Virus record (IMG/VR): IMGVR_UViG_3300021449_000180
Origin: a virus
Strand: one strand, 5' to 3'
Length of the DNA stretch: 39,612 nucleotides
The notes below the pieces were generated by a model. That model had not been told where the DNA came from. It made no database searches and saw only the letters and a list, made by a program, of their open reading frames with translations. Each line of letters starts with the position of its first letter. Within the stretch, counting starts at the first letter, position 1. This document shows, one piece after another, positions 8,668-16,985 of this stretch. Both the position numbers and the translations under genes were made by a program.

Positions 8668-9783
8668 CTATGCTCCGGGGGCGGTATGTCCGTGCTGGAT
8701 CGACAGCGGCGTCGGCTGGAATTCCGCCTGATCGACCACCTGCGGACGATAGGACTTCGTCGACATGATCGTCTGAACGAACCCATCCGCGACGTCGTCC
8801 TGCGTCAGCGGCACCCGGTCGCCAACCTTCAGCACGGGCCGGATACCTGACCGACAATAGGGATGCAGCGGCGGGATGAACCACGGTGTGTCGACCATGT
8901 CGACGACGTGTTCGTCCATCCGCCGGCACAGGTCGGTCGTCTTCGTGCCGATAGTCGCGTCATAGACACCGTACCGAAAGCCGTTCCGCAGGTAGCGTTT
9001 CCGTGCCGCGGTATTATAGGCGTCCTGGACGCTGTCGTGCGCGATCAGTTCAGCTTTCGTCCGCGCGGTCTGACCCGTGACACCACGTTCCTGCCGGTCG
9101 CTGGGGTCGCCGCCGTCGACCACGACCTGGACGCGTTCCGCCAGTTGCGGGACGGTTTCGTTCTGCGTCAGCCCCAGTCGGAGCTGTCGCGTGATACGGT
9201 CGCCCAGTTCTTCGGCCAGACTGTCGCTGGTCGCGCCGGCGTCGGTTGCGGTCCTGGTCCCGGACAGCAGCCCGGCGTCAACCTTCCGTATATGTCGAAG
9301 CCACTCCCGGTCAGTCCCATCGACCCGCGGTAGCCCCCGGAGTTGATCGGTGTCGACGTCGTCCGGGAGCGTCGTTTGCATCTGGTCGAACGCCGCCCTG
9401 GCCGCCCGCCCAGCGGCGATGCGATGCCGTTCATCCAGCCACGAAACCAGGCCTTCCCGTAGCCGCTGGGCCGCCAGCATCGTGACAGCCTGATTGACCC
9501 GCCCCGGGCCTTCCGGCCCGTCCATGATCGTCTGCACGTCGTTCTCCCGTAGCCACGCCTGGATTTCCTGCATGACCGACCGGATCGACGCCCGCGCCCG
9601 CTGCCGCGCCCGTCGAAGGTCAGTGACGGTCGTCGTCGCCGCATCACGCCCACCGCCATCATCGTCGCCGTCGTCCTGGGCGTGAACCCGCTGATCGTGG
9701 TGGTGATGGTGTTGACGGCAGGCCAGTCCGGCGTCGATCAGGGCGTCGGACGGCAGCGACGGGTCGGGACGGGTCTGCGCCAC
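8668..9783 (-). CDS. Head morphogenesis protein, Mu F / SPP1 gp7 family
   Basis: 371 aa. TARTKAELIAHDSVQDAYNTA ... DLCRRMDEHVV ... PPLHPYCRSGIRPV matches the MuF signature (ArTe..., D..C, PP.HpnCR). It lies directly after the portal. GTG start. Confidence 0.8.
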   Translation of the reverse strand: MAQTRPDPSLPSDALIDAGLACRQHHHHHDQRVHAQDDGDDDGGGRDAATTTVTDLRRARQRARASIRSVMQEIQAWLRENDVQTIMDGPEGPGRVNQAVTMLAAQRLREGLVSWLDERHRIAAGRAARAAFDQMQTTLPDDVDTDQLRGLPRVDGTDREWLRHIRKVDAGLLSGTRTATDAGATSDSLAEELGDRITRQLRLGLTQNETVPQLAERVQVVVDGGDPSDRQERGVTGQTARTKAELIAHDSVQDAYNTAARKRYLRNGFRYGVYDATIGTKTTDLCRRMDEHVVDMVDTPWFIPPLHPYCRSGIRPVLKVGDRVPLTQDDVADGFVQTIMSTKSYRPQVVDQAEFQPTPLSIQHGHTAPGA

Positions 9784-9787
9784 CGGT

Positions 9788-12700
9788 TTAGCCGCCCTTT
9801 CGCCAGCCTTCCCACAGAAGGACGCGGTCCTTCATCGACGCGCAGAACTGGTTCGCGGCCCGGTTCGACATCCCCGACGTCAGCATCGTTCCTTTACAAC
9901 ACCCGCCACCGCAACTGAACTGCCCGCCCATCGACGACCAGGCGTCCAATAGTATCAGTCGGGCCGGTGTCTTCGCTTCCTTCCAGGATTCAGGGTAGTC
10001 CCAGTCAGCCGGGCCGGCTTCGACGTCGATGTCGTACCGTGCCGCCGTCGCCGTCAGTTCGTCGACATCGACGTCGTCGATATGTTCGTGGTTCGGACTG
10101 ATGCCGTGATCGTCGCAGGTGTAGGCGTATGGCGGTAAGATGTTCACCTTCGAAGCGTCGTTGCCGCACACCCAGCAGATGGGGTCCCCGTCGTCACTGA
10201 CCCTGATGGCCCCCTGGTCAGATAGGTCAGCTTCCAGCGGACCGACCGTTGTGGATGCCGCGACATCATCGGCCAGTTCTTCGTCCGGGTTGTCCCGATC
10301 CGTCGTCCAGGCGTCCCCGGATAGGTCCGACGCCGTCACCGCTTCCGCGCCGTCTTCCGTAGCGACGATGTAGACCGGGCTGCTGTCGCTGGCGTCGTAG
10401 GTGTCCCCTCCGGGTCCTTCCCGGTCGTCGCCTGACGTCCAGACTTCGACGACGATAGCGCGGCTGTCGTCGTTCAGGACGACTTTGTCGCCTTCGCTGT
10501 ACCGCGTCGCCGCTCCCGCCGGCACGGGCGGGGCGTTCCCCGAACCCCCCATCAGTAGGGCCTGCACGCGGTCGACCCAGTCCCGCCACCCATCTTCGGC
10601 GTCACCGTCGGTCAGTGCAGCCGCCTTCCTGAACGCGAAGCGTGCGCCGGCGACGCCACCCCAGCCCTTCCCCGCGGTGTAACTGTTCTCCCGCCAGGGG
10701 GCGTCTGCGCTGGCGTGCTGAAGTGTCGTCCGGTCGCCCGATACGTCGATGATGTTGTCGAAGTGTCGGGACCACCAGTTCGCCATCGCGTCCGACGACC
10801 CCACGACATCACCCGGCGACAGGGTGCCGCCAGCGGCCAGCGTGTCCGCCCTGGACCAGCCGCGGTCGGTCATCCCGTTCACGGTGACGTCCGGGTCGTC
10901 GCGGGCGTCCAGCGCCATCTGGGCGGCGTTCTGAACGGCGTCAGGGATGGATAGGTCGACATCGGCAGCCTGGCCTGTGGCGTCCGCCAGGTCGCCGTCG
11001 AAGCTGTCAGCATCGACGTCGTCCGCGCACGCCGGGCATTTGAACCGGCCAGCGATACGTCGCCGGTCGCCGCAGGACCGACACGTAGCTGGGAAGTCAC
11101 CCACGGAATCATCTGACAGCGCCGTTGCCGGTGGACGCGACCCGTCGCCCCCATCTTGACCCGCCGGGTCACCCCCATCGTCGCCCTGATCACCCTGGTC
11201 CTGGGGTTGTCGTCCGCGGTCGTTCTGTTCGTTCAGGAAGTCCTGCATCCGCTGGCTGCGGTCGCCGGCGTCGTCGGGGCCGCCAGACGGCGGCTGCGGC
11301 CCGGTGTCGCTGACGTTCAATTCGATGCCTTCGATGTTGTTCAGCATCTGCCGGACTTCCTTCTCCGTCAACCCGGCGATACCGGCGTACTGAAGCGCCT
11401 GCACGACCAGTTCTTCATCCTGATCTTGGATCGGTGGGAACGTGTGTTCAACCGACCCGTCCAGCCCGTGGATGTCCGTCTGGACGCGCGCGAACTGATC
11501 GAACACCCGGATGATTTCCTGTCGCCACCCCGCGATGGTCGTCATCAGCGTTCTGAACAGGGTTTCGCGCGATAGTTCCGCGCCGTCCCGCAGTTCGATC
11601 AGGTCCAGCGGGACCAGCATCCGCCGCGCGATACTCCGGTTGTAGCCCCTGATCTGTTTGTCCAGCGGTTCGTTGTTCTCCGGGATTTCGATCTGTTCGA
11701 ACGACCAGTAGTCCGGGATGGCTGCCGTCGTCCCGGACTGCCAGTCCTTCAGGTGGTCGAACGCGCTTTCCATGTTCTCCCGCAGGGCGCGTTCCAGCTT
11801 CGTCGGCGGCGTCCCGCCGGTATCGTAGTCATCATCCTGCACGCGGTCGAAATACTGGCCTTCCGGCAGATACGACGGCGGTTCGACCGTCGCGTAGACA
11901 GCGCCGAACGACGTCAGTTCCGCCTTCCGCGCCTTCAACCGCTGCATCACCATCTTATTGATCGTCGTGTCGACGACGGCCTTCAACGGCGGCGTGTCGT
12001 ACAGTGAAATGTCGAAGACCTGTTCCCCGATGACCAGCGGTTGACTGTCGACGCGTCGGCGTTCGATGTTGATGTCGCCGGGGTCGTCGCGGGTTCCTTC
12101 GTGGACGTCGAATTCGTAGACGGTCGTCGGGTCCTGCATATAGATTTCTTCCCCACTGATGCCGTCCTTCAGGTAGTCCAACGTTCGAAGGTCCAGTTCT
12201 TCCAGGTCGGTCGCCCGCAGCACCGTCCTGGCGTGCGTCAGGTTCTCCCGCAGGATCACGTCGATCACGTCCGTCGGATGGATGTCGCCATCGTACAGGC
12301 CCCGAAGGTGATCGGCCAGCCGCTGGTCGGCGTCGCTTTCAGGGTCTGACGGTTCGACCCCCATCCCTTCCGACCCGACGATCAACGCCTTGATCCGCTC
12401 TTTCACCCCCGGGATCAGGTCGTCTTTCGCCAGCAGATAGCGTCCGACGCGATGGGTGTAGTCGACGCTGTTCTGCTGAAGTTTCCTGATCTGGGGGTCC
12501 TGGATGAAGTCGAAGTCGCTGACGTCGTGCGTCGTCGCCAACAAGGCGTCCCGTCGGTCCTGGACGGGGATGGTCGCGCTGTCGTCCTGGGCGTGGACGC
12601 GGCCCGACCGCGGCGTCAGGTCGTAGTCGAAGTCCTCCGGGACGTCGCCCGCTATCTGGGTGTCGTCAGGTGTGGCGGCGTCGCGGATACGGTCCAGGTC

Positions 12701-12901
12701 AACGTCGTCGGCATCCCGGGCCGCCTCAACGATGCTGTCGTCCAGCGCCACCGGGATGTCTGTCCCTGCCACCGTTACTGTGCCGGCGACCGCGCCCGTG
12801 GCGACCCTGTCAGCGACCGCGTCTTCAGACGCAGCCGGAACGCCGCCATCCGCCTCCGCCGCGCCAGGCCCTGGGTCGCCGTCCGCGTCGTCTGCATCCA
12901 T
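9788..12901 (-). CDS. Portal protein fused to a ~500-aa multi-domain C-terminal extension
   Basis: 1037 aa, lying between TerL and the MuF-like gene. After about aa 535 there is an acidic Gly-rich linker, then a zinc ribbon CRSCGDRRRIAGRFKCPAC (11027-11083). A Tudor/SH3-like stretch follows (RYSEGDKVVLNDD...SPVYIVATEDG), then CWVCGN...CDDH and a terminal CGGGCCKG...C cluster. Confidence 0.6.
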   Translation of the reverse strand: MDADDADGDPGPGAAEADGGVPAASEDAVADRVATGAVAGTVTVAGTDIPVALDDSIVEAARDADDVDLDRIRDAATPDDTQIAGDVPEDFDYDLTPRSGRVHAQDDSATIPVQDRRDALLATTHDVSDFDFIQDPQIRKLQQNSVDYTHRVGRYLLAKDDLIPGVKERIKALIVGSEGMGVEPSDPESDADQRLADHLRGLYDGDIHPTDVIDVILRENLTHARTVLRATDLEELDLRTLDYLKDGISGEEIYMQDPTTVYEFDVHEGTRDDPGDINIERRRVDSQPLVIGEQVFDISLYDTPPLKAVVDTTINKMVMQRLKARKAELTSFGAVYATVEPPSYLPEGQYFDRVQDDDYDTGGTPPTKLERALRENMESAFDHLKDWQSGTTAAIPDYWSFEQIEIPENNEPLDKQIRGYNRSIARRMLVPLDLIELRDGAELSRETLFRTLMTTIAGWRQEIIRVFDQFARVQTDIHGLDGSVEHTFPPIQDQDEELVVQALQYAGIAGLTEKEVRQMLNNIEGIELNVSDTGPQPPSGGPDDAGDRSQRMQDFLNEQNDRGRQPQDQGDQGDDGGDPAGQDGGDGSRPPATALSDDSVGDFPATCRSCGDRRRIAGRFKCPACADDVDADSFDGDLADATGQAADVDLSIPDAVQNAAQMALDARDDPDVTVNGMTDRGWSRADTLAAGGTLSPGDVVGSSDAMANWWSRHFDNIIDVSGDRTTLQHASADAPWRENSYTAGKGWGGVAGARFAFRKAAALTDGDAEDGWRDWVDRVQALLMGGSGNAPPVPAGAATRYSEGDKVVLNDDSRAIVVEVWTSGDDREGPGGDTYDASDSSPVYIVATEDGAEAVTASDLSGDAWTTDRDNPDEELADDVAASTTVGPLEADLSDQGAIRVSDDGDPICWVCGNDASKVNILPPYAYTCDDHGISPNHEHIDDVDVDELTATAARYDIDVEAGPADWDYPESWKEAKTPARLILLDAWSSMGGQFSCGGGCCKGTMLTSGMSNRAANQFCASMKDRVLLWEGWRKGG

Positions 12902-12926
12902 GTCTGAATGGAAGCCCAGCGTCGTC

Positions 12927-12958
12927 CTTAAGTCGCCGTGACGCCGTGGCCCCCGGGC
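12927..12958 (-). promoter_or_regulatory. Late-gene element copy (GCCCGGGGGCCACGGCGTCACGGCGACTTAAG on the coding strand)
   Basis: Intergenic. Exact core at 12937-12949. The first T of TTAAG is 30 nt before the portal ATG (12901). Confidence 0.65.
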
Positions 12959-12981
12959 CAGCGGTCACGATGCCGGCGGCG

Positions 12982-13332
12982 TTAGGCGGTCGACCGGATG
13001 AATTCGACCCACGTTCCCAGCACGGTGTATTCGTCGCCGCCCGATGTAGTGACGCTGACTTCCAGCCAGTAGGTCCCGATCAGGCCGCCGGTATCGCTGG
13101 GTTCCAGATGGATGTCGAAGTTCCCCGCCGACCGGTTCGTCCACGTGACGCCGCCGCCGCCAGTAGTCTTCGTGACCCGGACCGTGCCGCCGCGGTCGTC
13201 CGCGATGACAGCCTTCGCGTCACCGCCCGTTAAATTGACTTCGTCCAGCCCCGTGTCTTCGGCGTCGACACCCATGGTTACGCTGTCGCCTTCAACCAGC
13301 GCGTTCACCCCGGTCAGTTGTTCGTAGTTCAT
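12982..13332 (-). CDS. Hypothetical small beta-rich protein
   Basis: 116-aa ORF rich in T/G/V. It overlaps the upstream gene by 4 nt and sits between TerL and the portal. Confidence 0.6.
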   Translation of the reverse strand: MNYEQLTGVNALVEGDSVTMGVDAEDTGLDEVNLTGGDAKAVIADDRGGTVRVTKTTGGGGVTWTNRSAGNFDIHLEPSDTGGLIGTYWLEVSVTTSGGDEYTVLGTWVEFIRSTA

Positions 13333-13610
13333 CGCTGCACCCCACCCGATAATTCGATGCGGGCGCGGACACTCCCCACCGCATCGACCCGTCGCGTCAG
13401 GTCAGGCTGGTCGCCCAGCGTCGCGCCCGTCGCTGCTTCGGCGTCCCACGGCGTCACGTAATACCCACCCAGACGAAACCCGGTCGTGCGGCCCAGGGTC
13501 CCGCCGCCCACCGTGGCGACGCCCTGCGTGTCGGCGACATCCAGGTCCTGATAGGACCCGCCCAGGGTGAAGCCTGCTGGGCCGCCCAGCGTCGCGCCTC
13601 CATCGGTCAT
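13329..13610 (-). CDS. Hypothetical protein with TLGGxxGFxLGGxY repeats
   Basis: 93 aa containing TLGGPAGFTLGGSY and TLGRTTGFRLGGYY. It shares 44/48 nt (13551-13598) with 34426-34473 in the post-tape-measure gene. Confidence 0.6.
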   Translation of the reverse strand: MTDGGATLGGPAGFTLGGSYQDLDVADTQGVATVGGGTLGRTTGFRLGGYYVTPWDAEAATGATLGDQPDLTRRVDAVGSVRARIELSGGVQR

Positions 13611-13635
13611 GCCAGGATGTCACCCAGGCCAGCCC

Positions 13636-13667
13636 CTAAAGCGGACGTGACGCCGTGGACCCCGGGG
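13636..13667 (-). promoter_or_regulatory. Late-gene element copy (CCCCGGGGTCCACGGCGTCACGTCCGCTTTAG on the coding strand)
   Basis: Exact core at 13646-13658. The TTTAG box starts 30 nt before the ATG at 13610. It begins right after the stop at 13668. Confidence 0.65.
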
Positions 13668-13892
13668 TTAGTTCCCGTCGTCGACCAGCAACGCCAGCCC
13701 CGCCGCGATGACCGGGATGACGACCAGATGGAACAGCAGCAGTTCTGCCAAGCGTTCACCGTACCGGTTCACGTACACCGTGGTCTGATAGTCGTGGATG
13801 TAGGCGACAGCCCAGATGAGATACGTGATCAGCGACAGGGCGAACATGGCCCCGACAGACTGGACCTTCAGGAACAACCGCCAGTCCATCAC
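13668..13892 (-). CDS. Small membrane protein (two predicted TM helices)
   Basis: 74 aa with hydrophobic stretches VGAMFALSLITYLIWAVAYI and LLLFHLVVIPVIAAGLALLV. Its start overlaps the TerL stop (GTGATG). Confidence 0.6.
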   Translation of the reverse strand: MMDWRLFLKVQSVGAMFALSLITYLIWAVAYIHDYQTTVYVNRYGERLAELLLFHLVVIPVIAAGLALLVDDGN

Positions 13893-15502
13893 CCGACGAC
13901 CGCCCCTGGGTCGATCACTTCAGCGTCACCTTCGAAGCCTTCATAGCACGCCATCATCGCGCCATCAGCGATGTCCGGGCTATGCCCCAGATGATTCGGT
14001 TTCTTCACGTCGTCCTTCCCCTTCAGGACCAGCACGTCCTCCCCGCGGAACGACCGTTCATCCAACCGGTACACCCGCGCCGCCACCCGTAGTTCCCGTT
14101 CCAGGTCGCTGTTCGGCGGGACCAACAGCCGCCCGTCCTTCAACGCGTTCCCCAGGTCAACCGCCGCTTCCGTCCGCTTGTTCCGGTACCGAACGTCCTC
14201 CCGCGGGTCGTCGTCCCGACTGTCGACTTCCGACCCCTTAAATCGGCGGACGCGATCCCGCGCCCGACGGACGTTATCCGCCACCCCGGACCCCTCCCCG
14301 ATGGCGTCGATCAGGAACAACCCCCGCCTGGGGAGGCGGTCGTCGGTCGCCAGGAACAGGTCTTCGTTCTCCGGGTGATCGTTCACCCGGTCCTTCAGGA
14401 CGACGTCCAGCAGGCCGGTGTCCCAGCGGGCGACGATGACCGTCCGGTCCCCGCCGTCACGGGCGACGTCCCCGCCCATCTGCTGGACGACCGTGCCTTT
14501 CGCTGCTGATGGTGTCGCGCCGTCGTCAGTGACGACGCGGTACATTTCGACCGCCTGATCGACGTGGCGTTCATACCAGGGCCGGAGCGTTCCGCGGCCT
14601 GTCGGCGGCATCACGCCCAGGCGTTTCCGGTACCAGCGCGGGTCCAACGTTCGCCAGTCGTCCCGCGCGACACGCTTCCCGTCTTCCGTCGTGACGGCCT
14701 GTCGGACGTCGTCGACGCCAGGCCAGGGGCGTCCGTTCCAGGATTCGTAGTCTTCTTTGATCAGGTCCAGTTCGACCAGCCCCGCGATGCCATCGTGGTC
14801 GTCGCCATCAGGGAGTTCCCCCAGGTCGCGCTTGACGTTGTGGCTGTCGAAACTGTCGAATTCGATGGTGTGCCAGCGCGGGTCGTCCCACTTCTGAAAC
14901 GCGACGTCACCCCGATCCTGCGGCGGGTTACAGATGGCGACGCAGACGTCGTCCGTCGACGATGCGGTCGACGTCGCCGCGTCGAAGTGGCCCGCGCCGA
15001 CGTCCGGTTTGTCGGCTTCGTCGATAACGACGAACGCCGCCCGCCCATGCCGCCCCTCTAAGTTGCGGGGGTCCCGCGGGCTTCTGAACTTGATCCACCA
15101 CTCCGGGAATTCGTCGTCCGGGAATTCGATCCGGGGAGCGTTTTGCTTCGCCTCCGCCTGAATCGGATACGCTTGTTTCGCGCGTTGATGGATCGTCTGA
15201 AGGAACGGCCAGGACGTGTCCTTCAGCGTTGGATAGTTCCCCGACGTCGTCAGCCCGACGCTGTTCAACCGGGTCATCACGTAGTGATACTGCGCCAGCA
15301 TCACCCCGGCGGTCTTCCCGGTCCCGTTCCCTGACCAGACCAGGACGCGGTGATGGTTCTGGCAGGCCCGCAGTATCTCTTTTTGCGTGTCGGCCAGGTC
15401 GAAGCCCAGGTCCTGGTAGAACTGGATCGGTCGGTCGCGGTAGAAGTCGATTAGGTCCGCCGCGTCGTCAACATCATCGACGCGGTTCCCGTCAGCGGCC
15501 AT
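13889..15502 (-). CDS. terL: Terminase large subunit
   Basis: 537 aa. Walker A VWSGNGTGKTAG and Walker B AAFVVIDEADK. Size and position are typical of TerL. Confidence 0.85.
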   Translation of the reverse strand: MAADGNRVDDVDDAADLIDFYRDRPIQFYQDLGFDLADTQKEILRACQNHHRVLVWSGNGTGKTAGVMLAQYHYVMTRLNSVGLTTSGNYPTLKDTSWPFLQTIHQRAKQAYPIQAEAKQNAPRIEFPDDEFPEWWIKFRSPRDPRNLEGRHGRAAFVVIDEADKPDVGAGHFDAATSTASSTDDVCVAICNPPQDRGDVAFQKWDDPRWHTIEFDSFDSHNVKRDLGELPDGDDHDGIAGLVELDLIKEDYESWNGRPWPGVDDVRQAVTTEDGKRVARDDWRTLDPRWYRKRLGVMPPTGRGTLRPWYERHVDQAVEMYRVVTDDGATPSAAKGTVVQQMGGDVARDGGDRTVIVARWDTGLLDVVLKDRVNDHPENEDLFLATDDRLPRRGLFLIDAIGEGSGVADNVRRARDRVRRFKGSEVDSRDDDPREDVRYRNKRTEAAVDLGNALKDGRLLVPPNSDLERELRVAARVYRLDERSFRGEDVLVLKGKDDVKKPNHLGHSPDIADGAMMACYEGFEGDAEVIDPGAVVG

Positions 15503-15623
15503 CGTCGATGGTCCCCGGTGTCGTGCTGGTCGTGACGTGCCTGGGGTGGTATAGTTCGCCGTCGACGCCGCGACGGGCGACGGTGTCGTCGACCGGGGTT
15601 TGGCACAGGTGGCAGACCGGCAT
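15492..15623 (-). CDS. Small CxxC protein (43 aa, below the ORF-track cutoff)
   Basis: Hand translation gives MPVCHLCQTPVDDTVARRGVDGELYHPRHVTTSTTPGTIDDGR. The ATG is 2 nt after the Hjc stop, and its TGA overlaps the TerL start by 11 nt. Confidence 0.4.
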   Translation of the reverse strand: MPVCHLCQTPVDDTVARRGVDGELYHPRHVTTSTTPGTIDDGR

Positions 15624-15625
15624 CG

Positions 15626-16159
15626 TCACGCGTCACCCGCCGCCGGTGGCGTCGCCTGCGCCTGCGAGACGGTCTGCACCCAGGCCCGCAGCGGACGATC
15701 ACCGACGACGTCGTCCGGGAGGTCATCCTGGTAGACATTCGCTTCCGCCCGGGGGTCGCCATCGTCGGCGTCGATGTTGTGGTGGATGCAGACGCTGAAC
15801 GGCCAGCGCGACGGGTCCCCAGGGATAGAGTAGTTCCCCGCGCTGGTCCGGTCCAGGGCCGCCGGCGCGGCCAGGTAGAACGACCGGTCGCCCTTCCACC
15901 GCGCAACGATGACGCTGGCAGCGTCGAACTGGTCGCCGAAATGCTGAAGTTCAGTGACTTCCCGGCCCGTGGGGTTCCGGGGCGGCCCGCCGGATTTCAG
16001 TTCGCCACAGATGACGACGCCGCCCGATGCAGCCAGGACGTCCGGCGCTTCCTCCGGTTGCGTACCGGACGCGGGCGACCGGATGCCTTCCCAGCCCAGC
16101 GCCGATAGGCAGTTCAACAGGTGTCGTTCCTGTTCAGTCCCGTCCATCATCCACTCCAT
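15626..16159 (-). CDS. hjc: Holliday junction resolvase, archaeal Hjc type
   Basis: GTEQERHLLNCLSALGWEGIRSPASG...PDVLAASGGVVICGELKSG carries the Hjc E...D...E-x-K pattern. The start is taken at the internal ATG 16159 because the upstream track extension is Arg/Ser-rich. Confidence 0.7.
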   Translation of the reverse strand: MEWMMDGTEQERHLLNCLSALGWEGIRSPASGTQPEEAPDVLAASGGVVICGELKSGGPPRNPTGREVTELQHFGDQFDAASVIVARWKGDRSFYLAAPAALDRTSAGNYSIPGDPSRWPFSVCIHHNIDADDGDPRAEANVYQDDLPDDVVGDRPLRAWVQTVSQAQATPPAAGDA

Positions 16160-16307
16160 CCGGGTTGAGGCCGGGGATGCGGCGTTCGATACCCCGGGCG
16201 ATGCACGCCGTCGCCGTGAGTAGGACGCCGGCGTCGCCACGCTGGTCGTCGTGGTCGTCGTTGCGGTGGGTCAGTAGTGCGGTTTCGCCGTCGTCACTCC
16301 CCACCAT
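16134..16307 (-). CDS. Possible small acidic protein (57 aa)
   Basis: It fills the gap between the 142-aa gene and hjc. The first two thirds show the strong third-position G/C pattern of real genes here. It overlaps both neighbours. Confidence 0.3.
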   Translation of the reverse strand: MVGSDDGETALLTHRNDDHDDQRGDAGVLLTATACIARGIERRIPGLNPDGVDDGRD

Positions 16308-16722
16308 CCCAGGTGTCACCCCCTGGAACAGCAGTCGGTTCAACGAAGACGTCGCCCAGGCTGTATTCATCCGCTGGCAGAACGACGTCCCCCCGTTCGT
16401 GGTCGTCAGGTGTCGGGTGGGTCCAGTCTTCCCGGACGTCGTGCGTCGGGTGAACCGGGTAGATGCCGATGGTGTCCCCGCCGTAGCCGACCCGGAGCGA
16501 CAGCAGGACGACGTTCACGGCGTCGTAGGTTCCGAAGGCGTGGTCGTCGGGGTCGATGTACGTCCGTCGGGCGTCGAACGCGCCCCGTTGACAGGTCAGT
16601 CCGTCGTGTCGCGCGGCATCGATCACGGCCCGACGGGCGTCTGTTGGCGTCGGATCGGGGAGGTCATCCCCGTCGGGCGCGGCTGTCGCCCGGATGCCGT
16701 CGCCGTCAGGCATCAGCATCAC
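16294..16722 (-). CDS. Hypothetical acidic protein
   Basis: 142-aa ORF. The probable ATG (MPDG...) lies inside the stereotyped junction GGTGATGCTGATGCCTGA. Confidence 0.6.
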   Translation of the reverse strand: MMLMPDGDGIRATAAPDGDDLPDPTPTDARRAVIDAARHDGLTCQRGAFDARRTYIDPDDHAFGTYDAVNVVLLSLRVGYGGDTIGIYPVHPTHDVREDWTHPTPDDHERGDVVLPADEYSLGDVFVEPTAVPGGDTWDGGE

Positions 16723-16906
16723 CGTTCTGGTCGTCGTCGACCTGGTCCTGGCAGACGCCGCAGTAGCCGTTCCCCTTCAGCGTCACTTTTCGCCCGCATC
16801 CCAGGCAGACGCCTGGGTCGGCGTCGTCGGGGTCGCGGCCTTCCAGCGTCAGGCTGTTCTGGTCGTCTGTCGAATCTTCGTCGGTGTCGGTGTCCGGTTC
16901 GATCAT
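16706..16906 (-). CDS. Small zinc-ribbon protein
   Basis: 66 aa containing CLGCGRKVTLKGNGYCGVC, with acidic flanks. Confidence 0.6.
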   Translation of the reverse strand: MIEPDTDTDEDSTDDQNSLTLEGRDPDDADPGVCLGCGRKVTLKGNGYCGVCQDQVDDDQNGDADA

Positions 16907-16985
16907 GTTCAGGCTTCAGTTTTGGACGCCAGGCGCGTCTGTCCTAGCGGCTTCATTTCTGCGGTATTCATCTGTCCAGTTCGGG

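Noticed and set aside
8561-8929. Alternative minus-strand frames overlapping real genes, for example 8561-8929, 9168-9662, 10266-10589, 17321-17941, 33488-34030 and 38628-38942
   Set aside because: They are Arg/Gly/Pro-rich out-of-frame products fully nested in longer acidic ORFs with recognisable motifs.
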